A stretch of 49,944 bases of DNA. It comes from an uncultured Olsenella sp. (GTDB lineage: Bacteria > Actinomycetota > Coriobacteriia > Coriobacteriales > Atopobiaceae). This document shows positions 27,066-37,060 of this stretch, in pieces. Positions within the stretch are counted from its first letter, which is position 1; the number at the start of each line of letters is the position of its first letter. A program made the translations under genes and the position numbers. The notes under the pieces were generated by a model. That model was not told where the DNA came from, searched no databases, and worked only from the letters and a program-made list of their open reading frames with translations. The stretch is from NCBI GenBank assembly GCA_947253595.1, contig CAMXZR010000001.1:1-49944 (forward strand), given 5' to 3'.

Positions 27066-27866
27066 ATGTCACTCGCGCGCCTCATAGACGACCTGCTCGG
27101 ACGCATCGCGCCCATGCGCGTCGTGGCGCGCTACCCACAGAGCATGTTCGGACCCATCCGGATCCTGGACACGCACGACGCCGACGGCCTGCCCGTGCGC
27201 ATCCTCGAGGTCGCAGGCAGCTGGCAGAGCGCCACCTACCTGGACGACGGCTGGTGCGAGCTCGTCTTCCCTTACCACCGCCTCTACGACCGCGCCCTCG
27301 TCGCCGCGAACGCCACCGACGACATCCTCATGCTGGGGGGCGGGGCCTGCGCCTACCCTAAGTACGCCATCAGTCACCATCCCGAGGCGTCGGTCGACGT
27401 CGTCGAGCTCGACCCCCTCGCCCTCGAGCTCGCCCGCAGGCACTTCTTCCTCGACCGCTTCGAGGAGCGCTACCGCGCCCAATCCGACGGGCGGCTGCGG
27501 CTGCACCAGGCCGACGCCCTGGGCTTCCTTCGTTCGGCCGACCATCGCTACGGAGCCATCCTCAACGACTGCTTCCAGGCGGAGGAGCCCCTCGCGAGCC
27601 TGTCGACGCCCGAGGCCGTCGACCTGATCCGGGCGAGGCTCCGGCCGGGTGGCCTCTACCTCATCAACGTGGTGAGTGCGCTCGAGGGGCCGGGGTCCTC
27701 CCCCCTGGCGGAGCTCTGCCCCCTCCTCGAGAGGCGCTTCGCGAGGACGCTCGTTCTGCCCTGTGGTGCGGACGACCCCGACCTGCCCGACAACAACGTC
27801 GTCGTGGCGACCGACGCCGAGCTGGAGCTCGAGGAGGCCGTCGACGCAGGCGAGCTCGGGCTGTAG
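27066..27866 (+). CDS. Spermidine synthase-like class I SAM-dependent methyltransferase
   Basis: ILMLGGGACAYP, VDVVELDP, ADALGFL and LRPGGLYLINV motifs. Confidence 0.85.
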   Translation: MSLARLIDDLLGRIAPMRVVARYPQSMFGPIRILDTHDADGLPVRILEVAGSWQSATYLDDGWCELVFPYHRLYDRALVAANATDDILMLGGGACAYPKYAISHHPEASVDVVELDPLALELARRHFFLDRFEERYRAQSDGRLRLHQADALGFLRSADHRYGAILNDCFQAEEPLASLSTPEAVDLIRARLRPGGLYLINVVSALEGPGSSPLAELCPLLERRFARTLVLPCGADDPDLPDNNVVVATDAELELEEAVDAGELGL

Positions 27867-28077
27867 GCCCAGCCGCAACCGTCCGCGACCGCTCGCCCGT
27901 CCGGCATCCTCGCGCCACGTCCCGCGAGCGGCAGGAAATCGACCCCGAACGCATATATTCTCCAACCATCTCACGTACGTCGAGACATAGGCGCTGCTCG
28001 CAGAAGCAATCCTGCGGGACCCCTCTGACCTGCATACAATCGTTCGCACAAGGCATCTGGCGCGGAGGGGAGGACCA

Positions 28078-29043
28078 ATGGAGCGAAAGGCGCTGCCGCG
28101 CGTCGAGCGCGAGAAAGTCGGATTCGACTCCGCCGACGGTGTCTCTCGCATACACGGCTACGTGTGGAGGGGCATGGGAGAGGAGCCACGTGCCGTGGTC
28201 CAGCTAATCCACGGCATGGCGGAGTACGTCGGGCGCTACGACGAGTTCGCTCGGCACCTCGCGCGACGGGGCTATGTCGTCTGCGGGCACGACCAGGTCG
28301 GTCACGGGGCCAGCTCCCCCGCCACGAAGTGGGGCGTCCTGCCCTCGCACGGGGGACGGGACGTCCTCGTCGAGGACGTCCACCGCCTAAGGCGGCTCGT
28401 CTCGTCCCAGTTGGAAAGGCCGCTCCCCCACTTCGTCTTCGGTCACTCCATGGGAAGCTTCGTCGCGCGAGCCTATGTCTCGCAGCATGCGGACGGCCTG
28501 GCCGGCGCCATCATCTGCGGCACGGGCTTCGTGCCCCCCGCGACCTCCGCCGCCGGCCACGTCCTGGCGATCCTCATCGCCTGCCTGCGCGGGGACTCCC
28601 ACAAGAGCGAGCTCCTCCACTCCATGGCGGACGGCGCCTACGCGAGGGCCATACCCCATGCCCGCACGGAGTTCGACTGGCTCTCGCACAACCAACGCAA
28701 CGTCGACGAGTACATAGCCGACAAGTCCTGCGGCTTCCTCTTCTCTGCGGGGGGCTACGCAACCCTCACCGAGCTCACCTCCGAGGTGTGCTCGCCCACG
28801 TGCGTCCGCCGCGTTCCCGCGAGCCTGCCGCTCCTGTTCGTCGCGGGAGCGGAGGACCCCGTGGGAGACTTCGGACGAGGGGTGACGAGGTCCGCCGAAC
28901 TTGCTCGCGACGCGGGCTCGACCGACGTCACGTACCACCTCTACGCCAACATGCGGCACGAGATCCTGAAGGAGGACGGGTGCCAGCTCGTCTTCGACGA
29001 CGTGACCCGCTGGCTCGACGGACATCTGGGAGGAGAGAAGTGA
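28078..29043 (+). CDS. Alpha/beta hydrolase, lysophospholipase/monoacylglycerol lipase-like
   Basis: HGMAEY..RY, DQVGHG, GHSMGS nucleophile, GAEDPV and RHEIL motifs. Confidence 0.9.
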   Translation: MERKALPRVEREKVGFDSADGVSRIHGYVWRGMGEEPRAVVQLIHGMAEYVGRYDEFARHLARRGYVVCGHDQVGHGASSPATKWGVLPSHGGRDVLVEDVHRLRRLVSSQLERPLPHFVFGHSMGSFVARAYVSQHADGLAGAIICGTGFVPPATSAAGHVLAILIACLRGDSHKSELLHSMADGAYARAIPHARTEFDWLSHNQRNVDEYIADKSCGFLFSAGGYATLTELTSEVCSPTCVRRVPASLPLLFVAGAEDPVGDFGRGVTRSAELARDAGSTDVTYHLYANMRHEILKEDGCQLVFDDVTRWLDGHLGGEK

Positions 29044-30530
29044 GCAAGGACTACGTCATAGCCCTGGACCAGGGCACCACCTCGTCCCGCGCCGTGCTCA
29101 TAGACCGCGCGGGACGCATGGTCGACTGCGTGCAGCGTGGCTACCAGCAGATCTACCCCCAGCCTGGCTGGGTGGAGCACAACCCGCAGGAGATCCTCCT
29201 CTCACAGCTGGGGGCCCTCACCGAGCTCGTGAGCCGCCACGGCCTGAGCGAGCGCAACGTCGCCGCCATAGGCATAGACAACCAGCGCGAGACGACCCTG
29301 GTCTGGGATCCCAGCACCGGGGAGCCCATTGCCAACGCCATCGTATGGCAATGCCGGCGCACCGCGAACATGGTCCGGGATCTCTGCGGCACGGACGAGC
29401 TCCGGAACATGGTCCAGCGGAAGACGGGACTCCTCCCCGACGCCTACTTCTCGGCCAGCAAGCTGCGCTGGCTGCTCGACAACGCGCCTGGCGCCCGCAA
29501 GCGCGCCGAGGCGGGAGAGCTCCTCTTCGGGACGGTGGACAGCTGGCTCGTGTGGGTGCTCACCGGGGGCCTCGTGCATGCCACCGACGAGACGAACGCC
29601 AGCCGCACCATGCTCTACAACATCCACGAGGGACGCTGGGACGAGGAGCTGCTCGAGCTCTTCGACGTCCCCTCCTGCATGCTGCCCGAGGTCAGGCGCT
29701 CGGCCGACCTCTTTGGCGAGACGAGCTATCCCGGCGTGCCCGCGGGCATCCCCATCTGCGGCGTGGCGGGGGACCAGCAGAGCGCCCTCTTCGGCCAGTG
29801 CTGCTTCGACGCGGGCGAGGCGAAGAACACCTACGGAACCGGCTGCTTCCTGCTCATGAACACGGGAGGCGTCGCCGCACGGTCGCAGAACAACCTGGTC
29901 ACGACAATCGCCGCGGCAGCTCCTGGCGCGGGCCGCACGCAGTATGCCCTCGAGGGGAGCGTGTTCGTCGCCGGAGCGCTGATCCAGTGGCTCCGTGACG
30001 AGCTGGGGCTGATCCGCAGCGCGGAGGAGACCGAGTACCTGGCCCGAAGCGTCGACGACAACGGGGGCGTCTACATAGTCCCCGCCTTCACGGGACTGGG
30101 AGCCCCCTACTGGAGGCCCGAGGCGCGCGGGCTCATCTGCGGCCTCACCCGCGGGACGACGCCTGCCCACATCGCACGCGCCGCCCTGGAGGCGCTGGCC
30201 TACCAGACGACCGACCTGGTGAGGGCCATGGAGGCAGACGCGGGTCGTCCCCTCTGCGCGCTGAACGTGGACGGCGGGGCCTCGCGCAACGACTTCCTCG
30301 CGCAGTTCCAGGCGGACGTGCTGGGAATGCGCGTGAGGAGGCCGCGGAACATCGAGACCACCTCCCTGGGGGCCGCCTACCTGGCTGGCCTCGCGAGCGG
30401 ATTCTGGTCCGGGACGGACGAGCTCCGCAGCCTGCGGAGCGGTGACGTGTGCTTTGAGCCACGGATGGACCCGGCCGAGGCGGAGCGGCTGGCGGACGGC
30501 TGGGCGCGGGCCGTGGGGCGGGCGCTGTAG
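29040..30530 (+). CDS. glpK: Glycerol kinase
   Basis: ALDQGTTSSRA, GWVEHNP, NQRETT, WQCRRT, AGDQQSALFGQ and KNTYGTGCF motifs; GTGA overlap with the upstream gene after GGAGAG. Confidence 0.96.
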   Translation: MSKDYVIALDQGTTSSRAVLIDRAGRMVDCVQRGYQQIYPQPGWVEHNPQEILLSQLGALTELVSRHGLSERNVAAIGIDNQRETTLVWDPSTGEPIANAIVWQCRRTANMVRDLCGTDELRNMVQRKTGLLPDAYFSASKLRWLLDNAPGARKRAEAGELLFGTVDSWLVWVLTGGLVHATDETNASRTMLYNIHEGRWDEELLELFDVPSCMLPEVRRSADLFGETSYPGVPAGIPICGVAGDQQSALFGQCCFDAGEAKNTYGTGCFLLMNTGGVAARSQNNLVTTIAAAAPGAGRTQYALEGSVFVAGALIQWLRDELGLIRSAEETEYLARSVDDNGGVYIVPAFTGLGAPYWRPEARGLICGLTRGTTPAHIARAALEALAYQTTDLVRAMEADAGRPLCALNVDGGASRNDFLAQFQADVLGMRVRRPRNIETTSLGAAYLAGLASGFWSGTDELRSLRSGDVCFEPRMDPAEAERLADGWARAVGRAL

Positions 30531-30604
30531 GGTACGGGAGTCGCGCAGGCCTCGCCCGAGACTGCAGGAATCCGTCATCTCGAGCAGGTCCTGCGCGACG
30601 CGCG

Positions 30605-30823
30605 TCATGCCTGGTCATACGGGCCCGAAGGCCTCCCCTCTCCGTCAGAAGGAGGGGCCACGCCCTCGCCGCCCCTCCCGGACAGCCGTCCCGCCCGGCG
30701 GAGCGCGTCTCGCACGATCCACTCCACCTGGGCGTTGGAGCTGCGCATCTCGTCCGCCGCCCACCTTTGGACGGCGGACCAGAGCTCGGGGTCGATCCGC
30801 AGGGGGTACTGCTTCCTCGCCAC
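30605..30823 (-). CDS. Arc/ribbon-helix-helix DNA-binding protein
   Basis: [38 protein letters not shown], the small protein type that usually follows SPFH genes. Confidence 0.8.
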   Translation of the reverse strand: MARKQYPLRIDPELWSAVQRWAADEMRSSNAQVEWIVRDALRRAGRLSGRGGEGVAPPSDGEGRPSGPYDQA

Positions 30824-30837
30824 CGCGACGCACCGCC

Positions 30838-31827
30838 CTACTGATACAGGCTGCCTGTGTTGAGCACGGGCTGCGCCTCGGACTCGCCGCAGAGCACCAC
30901 CATCAGGTTGGAGGCCATGACAGCCTTGCGATCGTCGTCGAACTCGACGATTCCGCCGTCGGACAGCTGCTCGAGCGCCATGTCCACCATGCTCACGGCA
31001 CCCTCGACGATCTTCTTGCGCGCCGCGATGACAGCGTCCGCCTGCTGCCGCCGCAGCATCGCCTGGGCGATCTCGGGCGCGTAGGCCAGGTGCGTGAGGC
31101 GCGCGTCGTCCACGGCCACGCCCGCGACGGCAAGCTTGCGCTCGAGCTCGGCCTTGAGGCTCTCCGAGACCTCCTCGATGTTGGACCGCAGGGTGATGGA
31201 GCTCGCGCTCTCGTCCTCGTCCTCCATGTGGTCGTAGGCGTAGATGCTGGCGACGTGGCGCAGGGCGGTCTCGGTCTGCATCGAGACGTAGCTCTCGTAG
31301 TCGTCCACGTCGAAGACGGCCTTGGCCGTGTCGGCCACGCGCCAGACGACCACGGTCGCGATCTCTATGGGGTTGCCCATCTTGTCGTTGACCTTGAGGC
31401 GGTCGCCGTTGAGCGTGCGAGCGCGGGTCGAGATCTTCGAGGCGCGCGAGTGGAGGGAGGTCGCGACCTCGGCCGAGGGGGAGGGTTTGCTCGTCCTGCC
31501 GAGGTTGCGCGAGAAGAGCGGGTTGGCCCAGCGGAGCCCCTCGTCACGAACCGTGCCGACGTATTTGCCGAAGAGCACACAGATCCGTGCCTGGCCCGGC
31601 TGCAGGGTGAAGAACCCGTTCGCCACGACGATGGCGACCGCCAGCAGGGCGAAGCTGCCCACGAAGGCGACGATCGTTCCGGCGGGCACCAGCAGGCCAG
31701 CCTCGTCATACGTCGTCAGCGTGACCAGGCTACGGACGAACAGCGCCACGGTCATGACGAACAGGGCCACGTCTACGAACAGCATCAGCCATCCGGACGC
31801 CGCATGGGCCTTCTTCTCTACGCTCAT
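30838..31827 (-). CDS. SPFH (band 7) domain membrane protein
   Basis: Two TM segments; [38 protein letters not shown] and SNLMVVLC motifs. Confidence 0.92.
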   Translation of the reverse strand: MSVEKKAHAASGWLMLFVDVALFVMTVALFVRSLVTLTTYDEAGLLVPAGTIVAFVGSFALLAVAIVVANGFFTLQPGQARICVLFGKYVGTVRDEGLRWANPLFSRNLGRTSKPSPSAEVATSLHSRASKISTRARTLNGDRLKVNDKMGNPIEIATVVVWRVADTAKAVFDVDDYESYVSMQTETALRHVASIYAYDHMEDEDESASSITLRSNIEEVSESLKAELERKLAVAGVAVDDARLTHLAYAPEIAQAMLRRQQADAVIAARKKIVEGAVSMVDMALEQLSDGGIVEFDDDRKAVMASNLMVVLCGESEAQPVLNTGSLYQ

Positions 31828-31908
31828 GTCTTTCCCTTCTGCGCGAGGGGCCGCCCTCCCCCATGGAGGCGCTGCCCTCGTTCTCCCTTCCGCACGGAAG
31901 AAGCTGAG

Positions 31909-31940
31909 GTTATAGTGATATCACATTGAGTCCTTGTCAA
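31909..31940 (-). promoter_or_regulatory. Sigma70-type promoter with overlapping GTGATATCAC operator for the SPFH-RHH operon
   Basis: Minus strand TTGACA-17 nt-CACTAT; perfect palindrome GTGATATCAC at 31915-31924. Confidence 0.65.
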
Positions 31941-31977
31941 TGGCGAAGGCGAAGGGGAAGGAGGCGGGGGATGAGGC

Positions 31978-32062
31978 GCGCAGAACAACTCCAAAATGCG
32001 CGATAGACCGACAAAAGGCCAGTTCAGTTGAGCTATGCGCACATTTCGACTCCAGAATGCGC
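31978..32062 (-). repeat. Solo paired-palindrome element (N14 x2, 37-nt spacer)
   Basis: GCGCA-N14-TGCGC at 31978 and GCACA-N14-TGCGC at 32039; minus-strand core TGAACTGGCCTTTT. Confidence 0.75.
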
Positions 32063-32120
32063 GCAAGCCAAACCGCCGCGCGTGGCATCATAGGGAGCAG
32101 CCGCGACCAGGAGGGCCGAC

Positions 32121-33365
32121 ATGGACGACGAGCTGCTGCAGGAGCTCAGAGACTACGCGCGGGATTGCCACGAGGAGGAGCTTGCACTGCTCCGCACGCT
32201 CGCGTCCATACCCGCGCCCATGCGCCACGAGGAGAGACGCGCCGCCTTCGTCGCCGAATGGCTCGGGCGGCAGGGAGCACGCGAGGTCTGGGTCGACGGC
32301 CAGAAGAACGTCCTCTGCCTCCTGCGGCATCCTTCGGGTGAGGGAGGCGACGACCTGCCGTCCGCACCAGCCTCGGACGCGGTAGCTGTCCCCACCCGCG
32401 ACCTCGTCCTCTTCTGCGCCCACACCGACGTCGTCTTCGACGACCTCAAGCCCTTCGAGGTCCGCGAGGAGGGCGGCCGCTTGCTCGCGCCCGGCATCGG
32501 CGACGACACCGCCAACCTCGCGGCCCTGCTCATGGCCACGAGGTATCTGCTCGCCCATCCCCAGGAGCTCGCACGCGCCACCTCGCAGTCCGACCTCCTC
32601 GTAGTGGCGAACAGCTGCGAGGAGGGACTGGGCAACCTCGACGGCACAAAAGCGGTTTTCCGCTGGCTCGACGGTGCCGGGGCCCACGTCCGCGCGTTCG
32701 TCTCGTTCGACCTCTACCTGCCCCAGTGCATCGGGATCGCCGTGGGCTCCGAGCGCTACCGCATCGAGGTCCGGACCCAGGGCGGCCACTCCTACCACGA
32801 CTTCGGCCGACCCAACGCCATCGAGCGCCTCTGCGGCATAGTGAGCGAGCTCTATGGCACGGAGCTGCCACAGGACCCGGCGACAGGTGCCAGCACCACC
32901 GTCAACGTGGGCCGCATCGAGGGCGGCACCACGGTGAACGTCATCGCCTCGCAGGCGAGCTGCCTCTTCGAGTATCGCAGCGAGTCAGCGGCAAACCTCT
33001 CCGCCATGCGCGCTCGCCTGCACGAGGTCCTGCGTGGGTACGAGGGCCAGGGCGTGCGCGTCTCGCTCGAGGCCATCGGCGTGCGTCCCGGCAGCACCGG
33101 CGAGCGTACCATGACGCAGGAGCGCTTGGCGAGCTTCGCATGCGAGGCCGTCCGCGAGGTCACGGGAGACGGGCCTGATCTCTCTCCCGCCTCGACGGAC
33201 GCGAACATACCCCTCTCTCGGGGGATTCCCGCGCTCACGGTGGGGGCCGTACGGGGCGGCCTCCTGCACACGCGCGACGAGTGGGTGGACCCGGAAAGCC
33301 TGGAGGACGGGCTCGTCCTCGCGCTGGACCTGATGCTCGAGCTGCCGCGAGTGATGGGGGCCTGA
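32121..33365 (+). CDS. M20/M25/M40 family metallo-hydrolase
   Basis: CAHTDVV, APGIGDD, CEEGLGNL, GGHS, STDAN and HTRDEW motifs. Confidence 0.9.
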   Translation: MDDELLQELRDYARDCHEEELALLRTLASIPAPMRHEERRAAFVAEWLGRQGAREVWVDGQKNVLCLLRHPSGEGGDDLPSAPASDAVAVPTRDLVLFCAHTDVVFDDLKPFEVREEGGRLLAPGIGDDTANLAALLMATRYLLAHPQELARATSQSDLLVVANSCEEGLGNLDGTKAVFRWLDGAGAHVRAFVSFDLYLPQCIGIAVGSERYRIEVRTQGGHSYHDFGRPNAIERLCGIVSELYGTELPQDPATGASTTVNVGRIEGGTTVNVIASQASCLFEYRSESAANLSAMRARLHEVLRGYEGQGVRVSLEAIGVRPGSTGERTMTQERLASFACEAVREVTGDGPDLSPASTDANIPLSRGIPALTVGAVRGGLLHTRDEWVDPESLEDGLVLALDLMLELPRVMGA

Positions 33366-33520
33366 GCGCCGCGCGCCTCTCGGCTGAAGCGCTCCCAAGC
33401 CTCCAGGAATACCTCCCACAGTAGCGAAAAGTGACAGGCCACAGGTCGCTGGCGTAAGATGGTCCAATGCTTTTTGGGGCACCCCGCCCCCTGCCCCGTA
33501 GGAAGGCGAGAGGAACGCGC

Positions 33521-34744
33521 GTGACCGACGACAGCAACCGCATGCCAGAGGACGAGAACGAGCCCAACGCCATGGGTGCGGACAACGTCCCCCGTCACAT
33601 GGCTGCAGCCTGCGTCTGGCTCCCCGAGCAGGAGGAGGCCCAGCTCCCAGGGAGCGAGAAGGCGGCTCCCGCGCACGACGTCGCCACGGCGACGGCCCCC
33701 AACCCCTCCGCATCCCCAGGCGAGGCCGCCCCTCTCGAGACCGACGTGCCCGCAAACGAGTCCGTCGAGCGCGCGAAACCCGTCCAGGCCCTGGACGAGC
33801 AGCTCCCCACCATCGAGGGTGCCCCCATCCCGGACGCCGGCCCTCAAGGTCCCGACGACAAGGGGATTGACGCCACCGGTGCCGTGAAGGCAGCCGACGT
33901 CAAGGCCCCCCAAATCGAGCGGGACTGGGAGCTTGGGGGCGGAGGCGGCACGCTTCCTGGAGGGCGCAAGGTCCCCCACCTGCTCATCGCAGGCGTTGCC
34001 GCCGTCCTGGTTGCAACGCTGGGTTCCAGTCTCATCCTGACCAGCTGCTTTGGTCTCTTTTCCAGTCCCGAGATTCCCAACGTCGTAGGGTCCGACGCCA
34101 CGTCCGCCCAGGGGGAGCTCGAGTCCCAGGGCTACAGCGTCGTGGTGAGCGAGCAGGTCACCCAGAACTCGGACGACGCGGGCCGCGTCCTGGCGACCGA
34201 GCCTCCTGCGGGCACAAAGCTTCCTGCAGGAGGCGACGTGACGCTCAAGGTGGGCAAGTCCCCCGAGGAGGCACAGGCGGTGCCCGACCTGGTGGACCTC
34301 ACGAAGGATGACGCCGTGGCAGCCATCGCCCAGACGAAGTTCTTCGTGAAGGACGACATCACCTTCGCCTACTCGGACACCATCCCCACGGGAACGGTGA
34401 TCAGCCAAGGCCCCGAGGCAGGGACCATGGAGGTCAAGGGCACCAAAATCGACCTCGTCGTCTCCGACGGGCCCAACCCCGACGCAGGCGATGCCGACGA
34501 GTTCGCGGAAAACAACGAGCAGAGCAGCGTCTCGGTCCCCGACCTCAGGGGCATGACCGTCGCCAAGGCGACCGTGCTGCTGCGTGGCATGGGGCTCGAC
34601 GTCGTGCGCGGTGAGGCTATTCCTACGGACGAGTTCGCGAACGGCACGGTGGCGGCCGTCGACCCCTCGACGGACAACGTCGTCGCCGTTGGCTCAACGG
34701 TCACCATCCACGAGGCGCAGCCGAAGGACGGCACGACCAACTAG
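33521..34744 (+). CDS. Membrane-anchored protein with three PASTA domains and no kinase domain
   Basis: Acidic Pro-rich N-terminus, one TM segment, IPNVVG / VPDLVD / VPDLRGM repeats with GTVISQGPEAG. Confidence 0.85.
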   Translation: MTDDSNRMPEDENEPNAMGADNVPRHMAAACVWLPEQEEAQLPGSEKAAPAHDVATATAPNPSASPGEAAPLETDVPANESVERAKPVQALDEQLPTIEGAPIPDAGPQGPDDKGIDATGAVKAADVKAPQIERDWELGGGGGTLPGGRKVPHLLIAGVAAVLVATLGSSLILTSCFGLFSSPEIPNVVGSDATSAQGELESQGYSVVVSEQVTQNSDDAGRVLATEPPAGTKLPAGGDVTLKVGKSPEEAQAVPDLVDLTKDDAVAAIAQTKFFVKDDITFAYSDTIPTGTVISQGPEAGTMEVKGTKIDLVVSDGPNPDAGDADEFAENNEQSSVSVPDLRGMTVAKATVLLRGMGLDVVRGEAIPTDEFANGTVAAVDPSTDNVVAVGSTVTIHEAQPKDGTTN

Positions 34745-35184
34745 AGGGTCCGAGACCCTCCTTGGCCTGCTCCGCGCCCGCCCTCTACTGCTTGGTCCCC
34801 TCCGGCCGCCTCGGCCCACAATGCGGCACGCGCACCAGGGTCCACGGCCTCCCACTCCCCTCCCGCAAGCTCCGGGACAGCGAGCAGTTCCAGCTTCCGG
34901 GCCCGGCTGGCATGGTGCAGGCGCCACTCGAGCTTGCAGGCGAGAGAGCGCCCCTCGCAGCTCCAGAGCCCCACCAAGGCAACCGGTCGGTGGAGCTGCG
35001 TGTAGCGGGCACCGGGAGGCCTCTGTCCCAGGTGCTCGCTCATGCGCCGCGCAACGTCCGTGGTGATGCCGGAATAGAGGGAGCCATCCTCGCATTCCAG
35101 CACGTAGACGTAGTAGGTCTTCTTCTGGGACACGGCCCCTGAGTGGCTCGCCGTGCCGACCTCCGGGGTGTCCGCATCAGGCAA
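34741..35184 (-). CDS. GIY-YIG nuclease family protein (UPF0213-like)
   Basis: YYVYVLECEDGSLYSGITTDVARRMSEH...GARYT...RP motif; start uncertain (TTG 35184 or GTG 35133). Confidence 0.85.
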   Translation of the reverse strand: MPDADTPEVGTASHSGAVSQKKTYYVYVLECEDGSLYSGITTDVARRMSEHLGQRPPGARYTQLHRPVALVGLWSCEGRSLACKLEWRLHHASRARKLELLAVPELAGGEWEAVDPGARAALWAEAAGGDQAVEGGRGAGQGGSRTL

Positions 35185-35761
35185 GGCGTGGCCCCTCGAC
35201 GTCATCCCAGATGAGGGGAAGCCCCAGGTCCGCGAGGGCGTAGACGACTCCCCCCAGCTCCGCAGGGGCGCCGGCGTGGCCGAAGCCGCTGGCGCCCAGG
35301 CCCGCGCCGGCGCACTCCAAAGACCAGTGCCAGCCCCCGGGCTGCGCCGGGCGGGCACCCCCATGCTCCCAGGGCTCCAGGTCGAGCGCCCCCAGGGAGG
35401 TGGCCAGCGCGTTCTCCTGCACGCCGTCCAAGGACAGGACCCGCCGCGCACGATGGTTGTCCGTGGCCCACCAGAGCTCGAGCATGCCCTCCTCCGTGCG
35501 TCCCACGAAGGCCTCGAAGCCACGCGTCGCCACACCTCCGCGGCTCACGCGCAGGTGGAGCAGGGCGAGCCTCGACGCAAGCTCGCCCATCGACTCGGGA
35601 TACGCCCATTCGAGCACTTCGACCATGGCCTGGGGCACTGTCAGGAAGTCCTCCTCCGCCTGCGGGTCGATCAGAGCGACCTCGCACGCGCCATCCTCGA
35701 CGGAGAAGACCGTGCCGTAGCCGCCCGTCGCGGCAACCCTCACCAAGGCGTCCCTCTCCAT
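35177..35761 (-). CDS. Hypothetical protein
   Basis: ATG after GAGGAAG, normal codon usage, fills the gap between metY and the GIY-YIG gene. Confidence 0.7.
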   Translation of the reverse strand: MERDALVRVAATGGYGTVFSVEDGACEVALIDPQAEEDFLTVPQAMVEVLEWAYPESMGELASRLALLHLRVSRGGVATRGFEAFVGRTEEGMLELWWATDNHRARRVLSLDGVQENALATSLGALDLEPWEHGGARPAQPGGWHWSLECAGAGLGASGFGHAGAPAELGGVVYALADLGLPLIWDDVEGPRLA

Positions 35762-35782
35762 GCTTCCTCCCCCGGCGCGGCC

Positions 35783-37060
35783 CTAGACGGACGCGAGCGC
35801 CTGCTCCAGGTCCGCCAATAGGTCCTCCCCCGCCTCCAAGCCACAGGAGAGCCTGACCATGCTGGGCGAGATTCCCGCCGCCACGAGCTCCTCGTCGTTC
35901 ATCTGGCGGTGGGTCGAGCTTGCCGGATGCAGGCAGCAGCTGCGCGCGTCGGCGACGTGGGTCTCGATGGCGAAGAGGCGCAGGCCTGCCATGAAGCGCT
36001 CCGCCGCGGGGCGGCCACCCGCGACCTCGAAGCTCACCACGCCGCAGCTACCCTGCGGCAGGTACTTCCGAGCCAGATCGTGGAACTCGTCGCCGGGAAG
36101 TCCGGGATAGCGCACGGAGGCTACCTTGGAGCTGTCCCGCAGGAACTCGGCCACCGCCTGTCCGTTGGCGCAGTGCTGGGGCATGCGCACGTGCAGGCTC
36201 TCGAGGCCGAGGTTGAGGTAGAAGGCGTTCTGGGGAGACTGGATCGAGCCAAAGTCGCGCATCAGCTGGGAGGTCGCCTTGGTGATGAACGCCCCCGCCT
36301 GGCCGAAGCGCTCGGCATAGACGATGCCGTGGTAGGACTCGTCCGGAGTGGTGAGGCTGGGGAAGCGCTCGGCGTTGGCCATCCAGTCGAAGTTGCCGGA
36401 GTCCACGATGGCGCCGCCCACGCCACAGCCGTGGCCGTCCATGTACTTGGTGGTGGAGTGCGTCACGATGTCGGCACCCCACTCGATGGGCCGACAGTTG
36501 ACGGGCGTGGGGAAGGTGTTGTCCACGATCAGGGGCACCCCATGGGCGTGCGCGGCGGAGGCGAAGCGCTCGATGTCAAGGACGGCAAGGGCGGGATTGG
36601 CGAGGGTCTCGCCGAACACGACCTTGGTGTTGGGGCGGAAGGCGGCCTCGAGCTCGGCGTCCGAGCAGGTGGGAGAGACGAAGGTCGCCTCCAGGCCCAT
36701 CTTTGCCATGGTGTGGGCGAGGAGGTTGTAGGTGCCGCCGTAGATGGTGGAGCAGGCCACCACGTGGTCTCCCGCCTGGGCGACGTTGAAGACGGCAAAG
36801 AAGTTCGCCGCCTGGCCGGAGCTGGTCAGCATGGCGGCGGTGCCGCCCTCGAGCGCCGAGATCTTCGCCGCCACAGCGTCGTTCGTGGGGTTCTGCAGAC
36901 GGGTGTAGAAGTAGCCCTCGGCCTCGAGGTCGAAGAGCTGGCCCATGTGCTCGGAGGTATCGTACTTGAAGGTCGTGGACTGCACGATGGGCGGCTGGCG
37001 CGGCTCCCCGTCTTTGGGGGCATAACCTGCCTGGACGCAGCGGGTGGCGATCTTGGTCAT
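35783..37060 (-). CDS. metY: O-acetylhomoserine aminocarboxypropyltransferase (sulfhydrylase)
   Basis: YTRLQNPT, SSGQAA, VDNTF, HSTTKYMDGHG (PLP lysine) and HPASSTHRQ motifs. Confidence 0.9.
   Translation of the reverse strand: MTKIATRCVQAGYAPKDGEPRQPPIVQSTTFKYDTSEHMGQLFDLEAEGYFYTRLQNPTNDAVAAKISALEGGTAAMLTSSGQAANFFAVFNVAQAGDHVVACSTIYGGTYNLLAHTMAKMGLEATFVSPTCSDAELEAAFRPNTKVVFGETLANPALAVLDIERFASAAHAHGVPLIVDNTFPTPVNCRPIEWGADIVTHSTTKYMDGHGCGVGGAIVDSGNFDWMANAERFPSLTTPDESYHGIVYAERFGQAGAFITKATSQLMRDFGSIQSPQNAFYLNLGLESLHVRMPQHCANGQAVAEFLRDSSKVASVRYPGLPGDEFHDLARKYLPQGSCGVVSFEVAGGRPAAERFMAGLRLFAIETHVADARSCCLHPASSTHRQMNDEELVAAGISPSMVRLSCGLEAGEDLLADLEQALASV

Noticed and set aside
28164..30530. 788-aa N-terminally extended glycerol kinase
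   Set aside because: The extension is an off-frame read of the hydrolase gene; the real start is GTG 29040 with a ribosome-binding site.
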